NCBI GenBank assembly: GCA_023511835.1
Contig: JAIMAT010000003.1
Span: 10,933-74,932 of the forward strand
Source: Bacillota bacterium
Lineage (GTDB): Bacteria > Bacillota > Sulfobacillia > JAIMAT01
DNA length: 64,000 bases
Reading direction: 5' to 3'
Under the pieces are notes generated by a model, which made no database searches, was not told the DNA's origin, and worked only from the letters and a program-made list of their open reading frames with translations. Shown piece by piece: positions 44,050 to 53,596 of the stretch (its first letter is position 1; the number at the start of each line of letters is the position of its first letter). The position numbers and the translations under genes are program-made.

Positions 44050-44541
44050 ATGGCAAGGACGGTAGCCGGGCTCTTCGACAGCCGGGACGCCGCCGAACGG
44101 GCGGTCCGGGCGCTGGAGCAGGCCGGCTTCAACGACCGCCAGGTCTCGCTGGCGGGCAAGGACGAGCGGGCGCGCGGCGGAGCCGGTGACCGCGCCGGGG
44201 CCGGGGGCGGCTGGGGCGACCAGAACCTCGCCAACGGCACCGGATGGGGCGCCGGCATCGGGGCGGGCGTGGGTCTGGCCGCCTCGCTGGGCGCCCTCGC
44301 CATCCCGGGGATCGGACCGCTGGTGGCCATGGGGCCGCTGGCCGCCACCCTGGGTGGTGCCGCCGCCGGCGGCCTGGCCGGCGGGCTGGTGGACATGGGC
44401 ATCCCCGAGAACGAGAGCCGCAGGTACGAGCAGGACGTGCGCCAGGGCCGCTTCCTGGCTGTGGTGCAGGACAGCCGCAGGGCGGACGAGGCGGCGCAAA
44501 TCCTGCGCCAGCAAGGGGCGCGGGACGTGCGCAGCTACTAG
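44050..44541 (+). CDS. General stress protein (YflT/17M-like), Gly-rich central region
   Basis: MARTVAGLFDSRDAAERAVRALEQAGFNDRQVSLAG... at the N-terminus and ...ESRRYEQDVRQGRFLAVV at the C-terminus are typical of the heat-induced stress protein family. Confidence 0.6.
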   Translation: MARTVAGLFDSRDAAERAVRALEQAGFNDRQVSLAGKDERARGGAGDRAGAGGGWGDQNLANGTGWGAGIGAGVGLAASLGALAIPGIGPLVAMGPLAATLGGAAAGGLAGGLVDMGIPENESRRYEQDVRQGRFLAVVQDSRRADEAAQILRQQGARDVRSY

Positions 44542-44641
44542 GCGGCCGGCTCCTTGCGGACGGGAGGCGAGGGCGGGGGTGCGCCTGACGTGCGCCCCCG
44601 CCCTCTGCTAGCATGGTCCGTTGAACGGGGGTGGCGAGGCC

Positions 44642-45382
44642 ATGAGCAGCTCGGTACGCGTGGTGGTGGCGGGGGCCTCGGGCAGGACCGGCAGCGCGGT
44701 GACCAGGGGCCTTCTCTCCGCCGAGGGCGTCGAGGTGGTGGGGGCCGTCGGCCAGCGCCACGCGGGCGAGCCGCTCAGCGCCTTCACCGGAGTCGCGACG
44801 CCGCTCCAAGTGGAGGCCGACCTGCGCGCCTGCCTGGAGCGCGAGCGCCCGGATGTGCTGGTCGACTTCACGCTTCCCGCGGTGGCGGGGGGCCATGCAC
44901 TCCTCGCGCTGGAACTGGGCGTGCGGCCCATCGTGGGGACGACCGGCCTGGCCGACGAGGAGCTGGAGGCGATCCGCCAGCGCGCGCACGAGCTCCGCCT
45001 GGGGGCCGCGGTCATCCCCAACTTCTCCTTCGGCATCCTTCTCCTCGGCCGCTTCGCGCGCGAGGCGGTCCGCTTCTTCCCCAAGGTGGAGGTCGTGGAG
45101 CTCCACCACGACACCAAGCTGGACGTTCCCTCCGGGACGGCGCTCCACCTCTCCGAGGCGCTGGCGGCGGCGGGGGCCCGGTCGCCCGTACCCATCCACA
45201 GCGTCCGCCTTCCCGGCTTCGTCGCGCGGCATACGCTCATCTTCGGCGGGACGGGGGAGACGCTCACCCTGACGCACGACAGCTCCAGCCGGGACTCCTT
45301 CGCCCCGGGCGTCCTCCTGGCCGTACGGCGCATCCTCCACGTGGACCACGCCGTCTTCGACCTGGCCGAGCTGGCGGGCTGA
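44642..45382 (+). CDS. dapB: 4-hydroxy-tetrahydrodipicolinate reductase
   Basis: VRVVVAGASGRTGSAV...VDFTLP...ELHHDTKLDVPSGTAL... Confidence 0.93.
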   Translation: MSSSVRVVVAGASGRTGSAVTRGLLSAEGVEVVGAVGQRHAGEPLSAFTGVATPLQVEADLRACLERERPDVLVDFTLPAVAGGHALLALELGVRPIVGTTGLADEELEAIRQRAHELRLGAAVIPNFSFGILLLGRFAREAVRFFPKVEVVELHHDTKLDVPSGTALHLSEALAAAGARSPVPIHSVRLPGFVARHTLIFGGTGETLTLTHDSSSRDSFAPGVLLAVRRILHVDHAVFDLAELAG

Positions 45383-45513
45383 AGGGCCGGCCGCGCGCGC
45401 CGAGCCGGCTGCGTCGGCCGCCGGACAAGGTGCCGGCACCTTTCCCATCACGGCCTCCGCGGCCGCCGCATAGGCTGCTGGCGCGCGAAGAGCGCTCCGG
45501 GAGGCGGTGGCGG

Positions 45514-46380
45514 GTGGCGCGCGAGCGGGTGGCCTTCCTGGGCGGCGGCCGGCGCGAGGCGGCCGCCGCGGCGAGGCTGCGGGCGGCGGGGCTGGAGACG
45601 GTGGAGATCCGGCGGGCGGCCGGCTGGGACGAGAGCGCGGCCGCCCGGGCCCTGGCGCGGGCGGAGGCGCTGGTCCTGCCCGTGGCCAGCGTCGGTGCGA
45701 GGCTGGAGGCGGACGAAGACGGGAAACCCGCCTGGAGCCTCGACGGCCTGCTGGAGCACCTGCCGGGCGGGGCGCCGCTCCTCTTCGGACGTCGGCCGGA
45801 GGGGGCGGCGCGCCCGCTTTTCGAGCGACTGGCCCGCGACCACCCCCTGCACCCCCTCCTGGAGCGCGACGACTTCGCCTGGCTCAACGCCGTCCCCACC
45901 GCCGAGGGCGCCGTGGTGGCGGCTGCGGAGCAGCTGGAACGGACCATCCGCGGGTCGCGCGCCCTGGTCCTCGGCTACGGCCGCACGGGAAGCACCCTGG
46001 CCCGGCTGCTGGCGGCCATGGGCGCGCGCACGCTGGTGCTGGCGCGCTCGCCCGCGGCGCGGGCGCAGGCGCGCGCCGCAGGCCACGAGGCCGCGCCCGT
46101 GGGCGCGCTCTCGCCGGCGCTGGCGGGCGAGGCCGATCTTCTCTTCAACACCGTGCCCGCTCCGCTCCTGACACCCGACCTCTTCGCCGTCCGCCCGGAG
46201 CTGCCCGTCCTCGACCTGGCCTCGGCGCCGGGCGGCCTCCATCCGGCCCTTCGCGGGCGGCCGCCGCGGGGCTACCGGCTGCTGCCGGCGCTGCCCGAAC
46301 GGTACGCGCCGGCCAGCGCCGGCGAGGCGCTGGCCCAGGTCCTCCTGGAGATCTTGCGGGGGGACGGAGAAAGGGGGTAA
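45514..46380 (+). CDS. dpaA: Dipicolinate synthase subunit A (SpoVFA)
   Basis: NAD-binding motif VLGYGRTGSTLARLLAAMGA. The sequence is DpaA-like and sits directly upstream of dpaB-asd-dapG-dapA, as in Bacillus. The start could instead be the GTG at 45529. Confidence 0.85.
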   Translation: MARERVAFLGGGRREAAAAARLRAAGLETVEIRRAAGWDESAAARALARAEALVLPVASVGARLEADEDGKPAWSLDGLLEHLPGGAPLLFGRRPEGAARPLFERLARDHPLHPLLERDDFAWLNAVPTAEGAVVAAAEQLERTIRGSRALVLGYGRTGSTLARLLAAMGARTLVLARSPAARAQARAAGHEAAPVGALSPALAGEADLLFNTVPAPLLTPDLFAVRPELPVLDLASAPGGLHPALRGRPPRGYRLLPALPERYAPASAGEALAQVLLEILRGDGERG

Positions 46381-46385
46381 GGTGC

Positions 46386-46985
46386 ATGCGATTCCGGGGC
46401 TTGACCGTGGGCTGGGCCCTGACGGGCTCGCACCACACGGTCCCCCAGGTCTTTCCGGTGATGGAGCGGCTCCGGGCGGAGGGGGCCGAGATCATTCCCA
46501 TCCTCTCCCAGACGCTGGCCACCACGAGCACCCGACACGGCGACCCGGAGACGTGGTACCGGCGCATCGTGGAGGCCACGGGCCACCCGCCGCTCACCAC
46601 CATCCCGGAGGTGGAGCCCTTCGGCCCCAACCGGACGCTGGACGTGCTGGCCGTCGTCCCCTGCACGGGCAACACCCTGGCCAAGCTGGCCAACGCCGTC
46701 AACGACACGGCGGTGACCATGGCGGTCAAGGCGCAGCTGCGCAACGGGCGGCCGGTGGTGCTGGGCATCACGACCAACGACGCGCTGGGGCTGAACGCGG
46801 TCAACCTGGGCAGGCTGCTCAACGCCAGGAACGTCTACTTCGTGCCCTTCGGCCAGGACGATCCGTTCGCCAAGCCGAACTCGCTGGTGGCGCACCTCGA
46901 CCTCCTCCCCGAGACGCTGGAGGAGGCGCTGGCGGGGCGGCAGCTCCAGCCGATCCTGCGCGCCTGGCCGGCGGGCGAACGGTGA
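46386..46985 (+). CDS. dpaB: Dipicolinate synthase subunit B (SpoVFB, flavoprotein)
   Basis: MRFRGLTVGWALTGSHHTVPQVFPVMERLRAEGAEIIPILS...VPCTGNTLAKLANAV... Confidence 0.9.
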   Translation: MRFRGLTVGWALTGSHHTVPQVFPVMERLRAEGAEIIPILSQTLATTSTRHGDPETWYRRIVEATGHPPLTTIPEVEPFGPNRTLDVLAVVPCTGNTLAKLANAVNDTAVTMAVKAQLRNGRPVVLGITTNDALGLNAVNLGRLLNARNVYFVPFGQDDPFAKPNSLVAHLDLLPETLEEALAGRQLQPILRAWPAGER

Positions 46986-47005
46986 GAAGACGGGAGGTCG
47001 GCGAG

Positions 47006-48028
47006 TTGGAGGGAGTCCGGGTCGGGATCGTCGGCGCCACCGGCGTGGTCGGGCGGACGCTGCTGGAGGTGCTGGAAGAGCGGCGCTTTCCGGTACGCGA
47101 ACTCAGGCCCATGGCGACGGAGCGGTCCGCGGGGAGGCGGGTCCGCTTCCTGGGGGAGGAGCTGGAGGTCCTGGAGGCCGCCCCCGAGCGCTTCGAAGGC
47201 CTGGACCTCGTCTTCATCGCCGCGGGCGACACCGCCAGCCGCGAGCTGGCGCCCGAGGCGGTGCGGCGCGGCGCGGTGGTCGTCGACAAGAGCAACGCCT
47301 TCCGCATGGACGAGGAGGTGCCGCTCGTCGTTCCCGAGGTCAACCCGGGTGCGCTGGAGCATCACCGCGGCATCGTGGCCAGCCCCAACTGCTCCACGAT
47401 CCAGCTGGTGGTGGCGCTGGCGCCGCTCATCCGCGAGGCGGGGGTGGAGCGGGTCTGGGTCTCCACCTATCAAGCAGTCTCCGGCACCGGCCAGCCGGCG
47501 GTGGAGGAGCTGGAACGCGAGGTGCGCGGCTGGCAGGCCGGCTCTCCGCCCGAGCGCTCGCCCTCCAGCCCCTATCCGCATCCCATCGCCTTCAACCTCC
47601 TGCCCCACTGCGACCGCCCCGAGAGCGACGGCTTCACCCGCGAGGAGATGAAGCTCCTCCGCGAGAGCCGGAAGATCCTGGGATTGCCCGGGCTGCGTCT
47701 GAGCGCCACGGCGGTCCGCGTTCCCGTCTTCGTCGGCCACGGCGAGTCGGTGGTCTTCGAGCCCTCGCGGCCGCTCGAGCCGGAACGGGCGCGCGCCCTC
47801 CTGGCCGCGGCGCCGGGCGTCCGCCTGGCGGACGCGCTGGAGGAGGGCGAGTACCCCACGCCGCTCCAGGCGGCCGGGGGGGACGAGGTCTGGGTGGGAC
47901 GGGTGCGGCGCGACCTGGCCCTGGAGGGGGCGCTGGACCTCTGGATCGTGGCGGACAACCTGCGCAAAGGCGCCGCCACCAACGCCGTCCAGATCGCCGA
48001 GCTCCTCCTCGAGAGCGGCCGGCTCTGA
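47006..48028 (+). CDS. asd: Aspartate-semialdehyde dehydrogenase
   Basis: VGIVGATGVVG...ASPNCSTIQLV... TTG at 47006 is preceded by GGGAGG. The GTG at 46982 is an alternative start. Confidence 0.93.
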   Translation: MEGVRVGIVGATGVVGRTLLEVLEERRFPVRELRPMATERSAGRRVRFLGEELEVLEAAPERFEGLDLVFIAAGDTASRELAPEAVRRGAVVVDKSNAFRMDEEVPLVVPEVNPGALEHHRGIVASPNCSTIQLVVALAPLIREAGVERVWVSTYQAVSGTGQPAVEELEREVRGWQAGSPPERSPSSPYPHPIAFNLLPHCDRPESDGFTREEMKLLRESRKILGLPGLRLSATAVRVPVFVGHGESVVFEPSRPLEPERARALLAAAPGVRLADALEEGEYPTPLQAAGGDEVWVGRVRRDLALEGALDLWIVADNLRKGAATNAVQIAELLLESGRL

Positions 48029-48048
48029 GCCGGCGGGAGGCGTGCCCG

Positions 48049-49320
48049 TTGCGCATCCTCGTCCAGAAGTTCGGCGGCACGTCGGTCTCCGACGGCGAGC
48101 GGCGGGCGCACGTGGTCCGCCGGATCCGCGCCGCGCTGGCGGCGGGCTTCCAGCCCGTGATCGTCGTCTCGGCCATGGGCCGGCGCGGCGATCCCTACGC
48201 CACCGACACGCTCCTCGACCAGGTGCGCTCCGTCGAGCCCGAACCCGACGCCCGCGAGGAGGATCTGATGATCTCCTGCGGCGAGGTGATCTCCGCCGTC
48301 CTCCTCTCGGCCACGCTGCGCCGGGAGGGGGTGGGCCGGCCGCTGACGCTGACGGGCGGGCAGAGCGGCATCCTGACCGACGACCACTTCGGCGACGCAC
48401 GCATCCTCCGCGTCGACCCGGCGCCGCTCCACCGGCGGCTGGAGCAGGGCCTGCTGCCGGTGGTGACGGGTTTCCAGGGCGTCACGGAGAGCGGCGAGGT
48501 GACCACGCTCGGGCGCGGCGGCAGCGATACCACCGCCGCCGCGTTGGGCGTGGCGCTCCGCGCCGAGGAGGTGGAGATCTACTCGGACGTGGAGGGGGTG
48601 ATGACCGCCGACCCCCGCATCGTGCCCGACGCGCGCACGCTCCGCGTCCTCACCTACGAGGAAGTCCTGCAGATGGCGGACCTGGGCAGCCGCATCGTCC
48701 ACCCGCGCGCCGTCGAGCTGGCCATGCAGGGGAACGTGCCGCTGCGCATCCGCAGCACCTTCTCCGACCATCCGGGCACGCGCATCACCCACGCCTTCGA
48801 GAGCGCCGGCGCCTGGCCGGACCTCTACGGCGGCCGCATCATCACCGGCGTCGCGCACATGCCGGACATGTGCCTGGTCCGCGTCGAGGGCCTGCCGGCC
48901 GGGCCGGAGAGGGCGGGCGGCGGGCGGGGCGACGACTCGGGCGCCGTCAACCGCCGCATCTTCCGCCCCCTGGCCGAGGCGGGCGTCAGCGTCGACCTGA
49001 TCAACGTCTCGCCCGAGCGCCGCTCCTTTATCGTGCGGGAGGCGGAGGCGGAGAAGACGCGAAAGATTCTCGAGTCGGAGGGCTTCCAGGTCGAGCTCCT
49101 GCACGACTGCGCCAAGGTCTCCGTGGTGGGGGCCGGCATGCGCGGCCTGCCGGGCGTCATGGCGCGCGTGGTGGAGGCGCTGGCCGAGCGCGGGATCGAG
49201 ATCCTGCAGACGGCCGACTCGCACGTCACCATCTCCTGCCTGGTCCGCGGCGACCAGATGGAGGAGGCGGTGCGGGCGCTCCACCGGGCGTTCGACCTGG
49301 GAGGAGAGCGGAACGCCTGA
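48049..49320 (+). CDS. dapG: Aspartate kinase (DapG-type, two ACT domains)
   Basis: ILVQKFGGTSV...VVSAMGRRGDPYATD...GRGGSDTTAAALG... Confidence 0.93.
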   Translation: MRILVQKFGGTSVSDGERRAHVVRRIRAALAAGFQPVIVVSAMGRRGDPYATDTLLDQVRSVEPEPDAREEDLMISCGEVISAVLLSATLRREGVGRPLTLTGGQSGILTDDHFGDARILRVDPAPLHRRLEQGLLPVVTGFQGVTESGEVTTLGRGGSDTTAAALGVALRAEEVEIYSDVEGVMTADPRIVPDARTLRVLTYEEVLQMADLGSRIVHPRAVELAMQGNVPLRIRSTFSDHPGTRITHAFESAGAWPDLYGGRIITGVAHMPDMCLVRVEGLPAGPERAGGGRGDDSGAVNRRIFRPLAEAGVSVDLINVSPERRSFIVREAEAEKTRKILESEGFQVELLHDCAKVSVVGAGMRGLPGVMARVVEALAERGIEILQTADSHVTISCLVRGDQMEEAVRALHRAFDLGGERNA

Positions 49321-49366
49321 GGGCCCCGAGCGCCCGAGGGCGGAGGCCCGGAGGGAGGGGTGGAGG

Positions 49367-50263
49367 ATGGCCGAGCCGAGGCTTCCGGGAAGGGTGACCG
49401 TCGCCCTGGTCAGCCCGTTCGACGAGAGGGGCGAGCTCTGGCCGGAGCGGGCTGCCGAGCTGGCGCGGAAGCTCCTGGCCGAGGGCGCCGACGGCTTCCT
49501 GGTCGGGGGCAGCACCGCCGAATCGCCCACGCTCTCCGACGAGGAGCTGGAGCGGCTGGTGGCGGCCGTCCGCGAGGCGGTGGGCGGGCGCGCCCCCGTC
49601 TACGTGGGCAGCGGCAACTACGACACGCGCGCCAGCGTCCGGCGCAGCCGCCTGGCGGAGCGCTGGGGGGCGGACGGGCTGATGCTGGTGACGCCCTACT
49701 ACAACAAGCCGCCCCAGGAAGGGCTCTACCGCCACTTCCGCACCGTCGCCGAGAGCGTCTCGCTCCCCGTCATGCTCTACAACGTCCCCGGGCGCACCTC
49801 GGTCAACCTGGCCCCGGAGACGGTGGCCCGGCTGGTCGCGGACGTGCCCAACATCGTGGCGCTGAAGCAGGCCTCGGCCAGCTTCGACGAGACGTCGGAG
49901 ATCGTGGCGCGGACGGAGGGGCGGCTGGCCGTGTACAGCGGCGACGACTCGCTCACCCTGCCCATGCTGGCGGTGGGGGCGAAGGGCGTGGTCAGCGTCT
50001 CGGGCCACCTGGTGGCCGGGCGCCTGGCGGCCATGATCGAGGCCTTCCAGAGGGGCGAGAACGGGGAGGCGCGCCGCATCCACCTGCAGCTCCTGCCGCT
50101 TCACCGGGCGCTCTTCGTCACCACCAACCCCATCCCCCTCAAGTGGGCGCTGGGTCGGGTGGGCTTCCCGGTGGGCGAGTGCCGGCCCCCGCTTTCGCCG
50201 CTGCCGGAGACGGCGCAGCGCGTGGTCGAGGCGGCGCTGCGCGAGACGGGTCTGGTCGCCTGA
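49367..50263 (+). CDS. dapA: 4-hydroxy-tetrahydrodipicolinate synthase
   Basis: VALVSPFDERGEL...GFLVGGSTAESPTLS...MLYNVPGRTS... Confidence 0.95.
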   Translation: MAEPRLPGRVTVALVSPFDERGELWPERAAELARKLLAEGADGFLVGGSTAESPTLSDEELERLVAAVREAVGGRAPVYVGSGNYDTRASVRRSRLAERWGADGLMLVTPYYNKPPQEGLYRHFRTVAESVSLPVMLYNVPGRTSVNLAPETVARLVADVPNIVALKQASASFDETSEIVARTEGRLAVYSGDDSLTLPMLAVGAKGVVSVSGHLVAGRLAAMIEAFQRGENGEARRIHLQLLPLHRALFVTTNPIPLKWALGRVGFPVGECRPPLSPLPETAQRVVEAALRETGLVA

Positions 50264-50292
50264 GCGGCACCGGGGGTGGGAGCCCCGCTTCC

Positions 50293-50321
50293 TTGTGGGG
50301 GTGGAGGCGGGGCACTATAAT
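50293..50321 (+). promoter_or_regulatory. Putative sigma-A promoter upstream of rnj: -35 TTGTGG (50293-50298), 17-nt spacer, -10 TATAAT (50316-50321)
   Basis: A perfect -10 hexamer lies in the dapA-rnj gap, flanked by a GCGGGG...CCCCGC inverted repeat. Confidence 0.5.
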
Positions 50322-50486
50322 ACCCCGCGACGACTTGGGCGGACGGAAGAATACGAAAGCCAGTGAGGTGGGGTCGGAATAGCCAAAAGCCGACGGCCTC
50401 GCCGCGGTCGTTCGCGTGCCGGGAACGGCCGGGGCGAGCCCCTCAAGATCATCCCGCTGGGCGGTCTGGGCGAGATCGGGAAGAAC

Positions 50487-52091
50487 ATGACCCTCTTCGA
50501 GTACGGCGACGACATCGTCATCGACGACGCCGGACTCGCCTTCCCCGAGGACGAGATGCTGGGGATCGACCTGGTCATCCCCGACTTTACCTACCTCAAG
50601 GAACATCGCGAGAAGGTGCGCGGGCTGGTCATCACCCACGGGCACGAGGACCACGTGGGCGCCGTGCCTTACCTGCTCCGCGAGATCCCGGTCCCGGTCT
50701 TCGCCTCCCGCCTGGCGCTGGGCCTCATCGAGGAGAAGCTGGCGGAGCACCACCTGCAGCTGCCCGAGGGATCCCGGGTCTATGCCCCGGGCGACCGCAT
50801 CTCCCTGGGGCAGAACTTCGTGGTCGAGCCTTTCCGCGTCAACCACTCCATTCCCGACGCCTACGGGCTCGCCATCCGCACCCCGGTCGGCATTGTGGTC
50901 CACACCGGCGACTTCAAGATCGACATGACGCCGGTGGACGGGCGCGTGGCAGACCTGCAGCGCCTCGCCGAGCTGGGGCGCGAGCAGGTGCTGGTGCTCA
51001 TGTCGGACAGCACCAACGCCGAGCGGGCCGGCTACACGCCGTCCGAGAAGACGGTGGGCCAGGTGCTCGACCGGGTGATGGGCACCGCCCCCGGCCGCGT
51101 GCTGGTCGCCACCTTCGCCTCGAACGTCCACCGCATCCAGCAGGTGATCGACGCCGCCGTCCACCACCACCGGCACGTGGCGGTGGTCGGGCGGAGCATG
51201 GAGAACACGGTCCAGGTGGCGCTGGAGCTGGGCTACCTCAACGTCAAGCCGGGCGCCCTGATCAGCATCGAGGAGATCAAGCGCTACAAGGGGCACCAGC
51301 TGGCCATCCTGACCACGGGCAGCCAGGGGGAGCCGCTCTCCGCCCTGACGCGCATGGCCACGGGCAGCCACCGCTGGGTCGAGATCGTCCCCGGGGACAC
51401 GGTCGTCATCTCCGCCTCGCCCATCCCCGGGAACGAGACCATGATCTACCGGACGGTGGACAACCTCTACCACCTGGGCGCCGACGTCATCTACGGGCTG
51501 GAGAACGGCGTCCACGTCTCCGGCCACGCCAGCCAGGAGGAGCTGAAGCTGATGCTCAACCTGGTGCGGCCGCGCTACTTCATCCCCGTCCACGGCGAGT
51601 GGCGCCACCTGATCCGGCACGGCCGGCTGGCGGAGAGCGTGGGCATCCCGCCCGAGAACGTCCTCATCGGCGAGAACGGCTCGGTCTTCGAGATCCGGCC
51701 CGAGGGCGCGCGCATCAACGGCAAGGTGGCCGCGGGCGACGTCCTCATCGACGGCCTCGGCGTCGGCGACGTGGGTGCCATCGTCCTCCGCGACAGGAAG
51801 CAGCTCTCCCAGGACGGCGTCCTCATCGTCGTGGTCACCATGGACCGCCAGAACCATCAGGTGGTGGGCGGACCGGACGTGGTCTCGCGCGGCTTCGTCT
51901 ACGTGCGCGAGTCGGAGCCGCTGATGGAGGAGCTGAAACAGAAGGTCAGCCAGGCGCTGGCGACCTGCCAGGCGCAGGGCGTGACGGACTGGAACGGGAT
52001 CAAGGCGGCCGTCCGCGACGAGGCGGGGCGCTTCCTCTTCGACCGGACCCGCCGGCGGCCCATGATCCTGCCCATCATCGTGGAGGTGTGA
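50487..52091 (+). CDS. rnj: Ribonuclease J (the conserved N-terminal beta-strand motif is encoded upstream of the first ATG)
   Basis: Metallo-beta-lactamase, beta-CASP and C-terminal domains (HGHEDHVGAVPYL). In-frame upstream codons encode ...GEPLKIIPLGGLGEIGKN, the conserved RNase J N-terminus. There is no ATG/GTG/TTG between the in-frame stop at 50364-50366 and the ATG at 50487. Confidence 0.9.
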   Translation: MTLFEYGDDIVIDDAGLAFPEDEMLGIDLVIPDFTYLKEHREKVRGLVITHGHEDHVGAVPYLLREIPVPVFASRLALGLIEEKLAEHHLQLPEGSRVYAPGDRISLGQNFVVEPFRVNHSIPDAYGLAIRTPVGIVVHTGDFKIDMTPVDGRVADLQRLAELGREQVLVLMSDSTNAERAGYTPSEKTVGQVLDRVMGTAPGRVLVATFASNVHRIQQVIDAAVHHHRHVAVVGRSMENTVQVALELGYLNVKPGALISIEEIKRYKGHQLAILTTGSQGEPLSALTRMATGSHRWVEIVPGDTVVISASPIPGNETMIYRTVDNLYHLGADVIYGLENGVHVSGHASQEELKLMLNLVRPRYFIPVHGEWRHLIRHGRLAESVGIPPENVLIGENGSVFEIRPEGARINGKVAAGDVLIDGLGVGDVGAIVLRDRKQLSQDGVLIVVVTMDRQNHQVVGGPDVVSRGFVYVRESEPLMEELKQKVSQALATCQAQGVTDWNGIKAAVRDEAGRFLFDRTRRRPMILPIIVEV

Positions 52092-53596
52092 GCGTCAGGA
52101 GCGCCATCATCCTCTCCGCCTTCGAGCGCTACCGCCCGCTGGTGGACGACTGGGAGGCCTTCGCCGCCGCCCTGGCGCGACCCCAGCCGCCGGCGCTTCG
52201 TGCCAACCGGCTGCGGGTCGAGCCGGAGGCGCTCGGCCGGCGGCTGGAGGGCCGCGGCTTCCGCCTGGCGCCCTACGCCTGGGCGCCGGAGGTGATGCGG
52301 GTGGAGGGCGGGCCCTGCCCGCCCGGGACCACGCTGGAGCACTGGCTGGGCCTCTTCTACCTCCAGGAGGCGGCCGCCGCCGTGCCGGTGGTCGCCCTCG
52401 ACCCCCGGCCGGGCGAGCGCGTCCTGGACCTGAGCGCGGCGCCCGGAGGCAAGAGCACGCAGATCGCCGAGCGGGTGGGACCCTCGGGCATGGTGGTGGC
52501 CAACGAGGCCGACCCCTCCCGCGCCGGCTGGCTCCTGGCCAACCTGGGCCGCATGGGCGCCACCTCGGTGGTGGTGACGGTGGGCGACGGGCGCCGCTTC
52601 CCGCCCGGTCTCGCCTTCGACCGGGCGCTGGTGGATGCCCCCTGCTCGGGGGAGGGGAACGCCCGTCGCGACCCGCGGCCGCGGCAGAGGCCGTCCGCCG
52701 GCCGGCTCCGCCACCTGGTGGCGGTGCAGGAGGCGCTCCTCCGCTCCGCCCTGGCCCGGGTCCGGCCCGGCGGGGTGGTGGTCTACTCCACCTGCACCTT
52801 CGCTCCCGAGGAGGACGAGGCGGTGGTGGACGCGGTCCTGCGGGCCGCGGGCGGCAGCGTGGAGGTGGAGGAGCTGCCGGAGGGGCTGCCGGGGGTAGCG
52901 GGTACCGGCGCCTGGGAGGGCGCCCGCTTCCTGCCCGACGTGCGCCGCGCGCGGCGCATCTACCCGCACCACCTCGACTCCGGCGGCATGTTCGTGGCCC
53001 GGCTGCGGCTCGTGGCGCCGGTCCCCTGGGCCGGGGAGGAGGGGTCCGCGGGCGGGGAGGAGCCCGACGAGGCGGGCGGGGAGGAGCCTGACCAGGCGGC
53101 GGCCCGCGAGGTGGCCGGCTGGCTGGAGGAGTGGTTCGGCATCCCGCCGGACGCCTTCCGCGGGCTCCACGTCTACCGGAGCGGCGAGCGGACCTGGCTC
53201 TCCAGCCTGCCCCGTCTCCCCCGCTGGCGGGAGCGGTGGGCGGCGGGGCTGCCCTTGGCCCACTGGACGGGGCGCCACTGGTGGCCCTCGGGCTACGCGC
53301 TCCACCGCCTGGGAGCGCTGGCCCGGCGGCAGGCGGTCGACCTGGAGGCGGCGGAACTGCGCGCCCTCCTGGAGGGTCGCGCCATCCCGCCGCCGGCGCG
53401 GGAGGCGGGCGAGCCGCTCCGCCGCGGCCTCGTCCTCCTCCGCTACGCGGGCGCCGGCCTGGGGCTGGCGCGTTTCGACGGCGGACTCCTGCACGCCGCC
53501 CTGGCGCGCGAGCGGGCGCGCCAGCTGCTGGCCGTCCTGGACCAGCCGGGCGGCCTGCCGGACAGGCTGCCGGAGCCGCCCGGCCGGACCGGCTAG
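52088..53596 (+). CDS. Nop2/Sun-family RNA cytosine-C5 methyltransferase (RsmF/RsmB-like)
   Basis: LDLSAAPGGKSTQIAERVGPSGMVVANEADPSRA...DAPCSGEGNARRDP...VVYSTCTF. GTG start overlaps the rnj TGA (GTGTGA). Confidence 0.85.
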   Translation: MSVRSAIILSAFERYRPLVDDWEAFAAALARPQPPALRANRLRVEPEALGRRLEGRGFRLAPYAWAPEVMRVEGGPCPPGTTLEHWLGLFYLQEAAAAVPVVALDPRPGERVLDLSAAPGGKSTQIAERVGPSGMVVANEADPSRAGWLLANLGRMGATSVVVTVGDGRRFPPGLAFDRALVDAPCSGEGNARRDPRPRQRPSAGRLRHLVAVQEALLRSALARVRPGGVVVYSTCTFAPEEDEAVVDAVLRAAGGSVEVEELPEGLPGVAGTGAWEGARFLPDVRRARRIYPHHLDSGGMFVARLRLVAPVPWAGEEGSAGGEEPDEAGGEEPDQAAAREVAGWLEEWFGIPPDAFRGLHVYRSGERTWLSSLPRLPRWRERWAAGLPLAHWTGRHWWPSGYALHRLGALARRQAVDLEAAELRALLEGRAIPPPAREAGEPLRRGLVLLRYAGAGLGLARFDGGLLHAALARERARQLLAVLDQPGGLPDRLPEPPGRTG

